From NCBI RefSeq assembly GCF_018350175.1, contig NC_058368.1, positions 127,164,001 through 127,228,000 on the forward strand: a DNA stretch of 64,000 bases, written 5' to 3'. Position numbers and translations under genes: made by a program. This stretch comes from Felis catus. Its lineage: Eukaryota. Below the pieces are notes generated by a model that was not told the origin of the DNA, made no database searches, and worked only from the letters and a program-made list of their open reading frames with translations. Each line of letters begins with the position of its first letter. The stretch's first letter is position 1. This document shows positions 61,593-64,000 of the stretch, one piece after another.

Positions 61593-62087
61593 ACTGATTT
61601 GACCGCAATAGGAGATACATATTGACATGTAATAATCAAACACTTATAACACGGTGACTGGCATTGTCTGATAACAAGTATAAGCAGCTGCTGCTCTTTA
61701 GAAGCATAATATATCCAGGCATTAGGCTGGAAGACATATCCTGTGCATGGTGAAATTATTGGCATTCTGGGGGGCAGGTTATTATACACAGTGATAACTA
61801 GGAAAATGTAAGAAAGAAAGGCTGAGACTGGAGTGTGCAAAACTTCGAATGTTATGTCAGGAGTGGAGAATTTGTTCCACTTAGAAGTGAAACATCATCA
61901 ACAGTTTCTCAGAAAGGGAGTAAATAATTAAAGAAGAATTTTCGAACAATTAATATTTGATTCTACTCCACAAGGATTTGAGAAGGAAAGACTAAAGCCA
62001 GGTAGATAGTGTCATAAATTTTTCCCTCTCAAATCCTCCTTTCTCTCAATATCCAAGACATTGGCCTCTGTAACAGCCATAGCTGAA

Positions 62088-62385
62088 AAAAACAGCTTCA
62101 TAGTGGTATAACAGTTACACAAAATATGCACGGATTTAATGTATACAGTTTGATGAGTTTGGACAAATACATACATCCAAGAAACTATCACCACAATCAT
62201 GGTAATAGACATATCCGTCACCTCCACAATTTTCCTTGGGTCTGTTTGGTGTTGGATGTGTGATGTATGTGGTGGGTAGTAACACATAACATGAGCCCTA
62301 CCATCTTAAATTTTCAAGTGTGCCAACACAGTGTTGTTAACTATAGGCACAATATTGTACAGCAGATCGCTAGAACATACTCATC
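62088..62385 (-). mobile_element. L1 3' end fragment (L1MA/L1MB-like)
   Basis: Reverse 3' UTR motifs GTATACAGTTTGATGAGTTT and TTAACTATAGGCACAATATTGTACAGCAGATC. Confidence 0.8.
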
Positions 62386-63258
62386 GTTTCAACATAGTTT
62401 TTAGACTACTGTATCATTCCATACTTTTCATTTTCATTTAGGAAGCTTTTGTCCTTATTGGTAATGTTAACTAACATACTTTAGCTGAAAAAAAAAGGTC
62501 TGTCCACAGTTTCCCTGGATTTTAACATGAACCTACTACAGGTGTGAAAAAAGCTTAGATCCATTCTCCTTCAGGTTATCTGAGAACTAATAAATAAGGT
62601 AGTGAAAAAAGATAAGATTGGACATGAGGACATGAATGTGCTATGGGCTGTCTGGTGAGATATGGATATGAGTAAATGGAAATAAATATGTCATAGGTGT
62701 CTATGGTAAATGGAAAGTAATCTTTACTTCTCTAATTTGTTTCTTATTTAGGGCATAATGCATATTGTCATCTCCCTTTCTCTCTGAGGGAGTGCCATGA
62801 ATAAAATGAGAGCAATATGCTCAATGTTCTGCTGGGCTGTGAACTTCTGGGGCCATGTAACCCTGGGACTGCCCAGCACAGTAGGAGCTAGGTAAACATA
62901 TGCTACACGAATCCCTCCAACTCTTTAGAAGACAGATTCCAGAGGAATTTCATTATCTGGCTCTAAATTCTGCTATTCTCCTAAGGGATATGTGATTCCG
63001 CTTTGTTCCAGAAAGGATTAAAAGTTTCTCTATTCCCTTTGGTAATTAGTTTAGATAAGACATATCTCATATATCTACCCAATAGACAATAGCTAATGCT
63101 CAAATATTTATAGATTTATTTGTACCTGGCTATGTCTGAGAACATTTCATATATAAAAACCAGTAACTATCACTTGAGGATAATAAGCTGGCAAACTTCA
63201 GACTATCTGAATATCTTTGTGAACAATCCCAAATGGCTGATTCTGTCAGTTTATGATA

Positions 63259-63481
63259 TTTTTTAAAAAATGTTTATTTATTTTGAGAGAGAGAGCATGC
63301 ACGTGCATGCTCAGGAGAGGGGCAGAGAGAAAGAGGGAGAGAGAATCCTAAGCAGGCTCGATACTCAGCACAGAGCCCCCCCTGCACCATCCAATGGGGC
63401 TTGATCTCACCACAGTGAGATCATGACTTAAGCCAAAATCAAGAGTTGAACACTCAACTGACTGAGCCACCCAGGTGCCCC
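63259..63481 (-). mobile_element. CanSINE (older subfamily)
   Basis: TSD CTGTCAGTTTATG. Confidence 0.92.
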
Positions 63482-64000
63482 CTGTCAGTTTATGCTAAAA
63501 GCCATTTGGTTCAAAATTAAAAAAAAATAAAGAGAAAATTGTATCTACAGAGAAAATTAAAGCATAAGGGCTGTTTGAAGGAATTAGCTAGTCTCAATTC
63601 CATCTCGTCACTCAGTTCTCAATCTCCTAGGCACCAGGGATTAAAAGCTCTGATGGAAATGCTAAAAAATACATAGTGAATTAAGAAAAAAAAAGTATTC
63701 TATGTAGCTCAAACTTTGTGACTTTGCTTATGCCATGTTCACTCTTTCAGATGTCTTTTTACAAAATAAAAAAGGAAGAAACTACATTTTTAGCACATCG
63801 TTCCTGCTACTAAAAGAGTCACAAGGAAAAGCTGAATTGAAACTAGTGACAAGCTTTTGCTTTGTCACATGATTGTGGCATTTTCTGTCCATATTATTTA
63901 TGGGACTTCTTGTAATATTTTATGCAAAACCACCCTATGGAATTTTGTGCTCAGAGTGCAGTCCAATTTGGCATCTCAAGTCTCCTGTTTCTATCTCCAG

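Larger units (their letters stand above)
1..64000 (-). other. PDE4D: Intronic region of PDE4D, containing the PDE4D8 alternative first exon; no shared UCR/catalytic exons in the window
   Basis: Inferred from the PDE4D8-type exon at 45561-45649 (minus) with a phase-2 donor. No FDVDNG/UCR1 exon is seen. Four of five L1 fragments are on the + strand, i.e. antisense to the host, as is typical inside genes. Confidence 0.88.

Overview
AT-rich mammalian genomic DNA from a felid. The evidence is about 23 tRNA-derived carnivore SINEs (mostly SINEC_Fc-type) and cat-type L1 3' ends. The window appears to lie inside the large introns of PDE4D (cAMP phosphodiesterase 4D), transcribed on the minus strand. 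The only convincing coding segment is an 89-nt first coding exon (45561-45649, minus) encoding MAFLWDLQGVTVPGQPPRAKTRLRFSKSY-(S). I recognise this from memory as the PDE4D8 isoform-specific N-terminus, with a MEF2/GATA/ETS-bearing putative promoter upstream. The rest is intron containing CanSINEs, L1/L2/MIR fragments, MaLR/ERVL solo LTRs, MER DNA transposons, microsatellites and a 5'-truncated RPL7A processed pseudogene. Nearly all ORFs in the supplied track are repeat-derived or chance ORFs. I found no evidence for a new multi-gene system. The best leads are regulatory: a uORF and an internal acceptor in the PDE4D8 leader, a micro-exon/recursive-splice-like site 6 kb upstream, a bZIP+MEF2 motif cluster near 13.4-13.65 kb, and a SINE/L1 composite under one TSD. 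Repeat family names are assigned by eye from remembered consensus sequences, and boundaries of old repeats are approximate.
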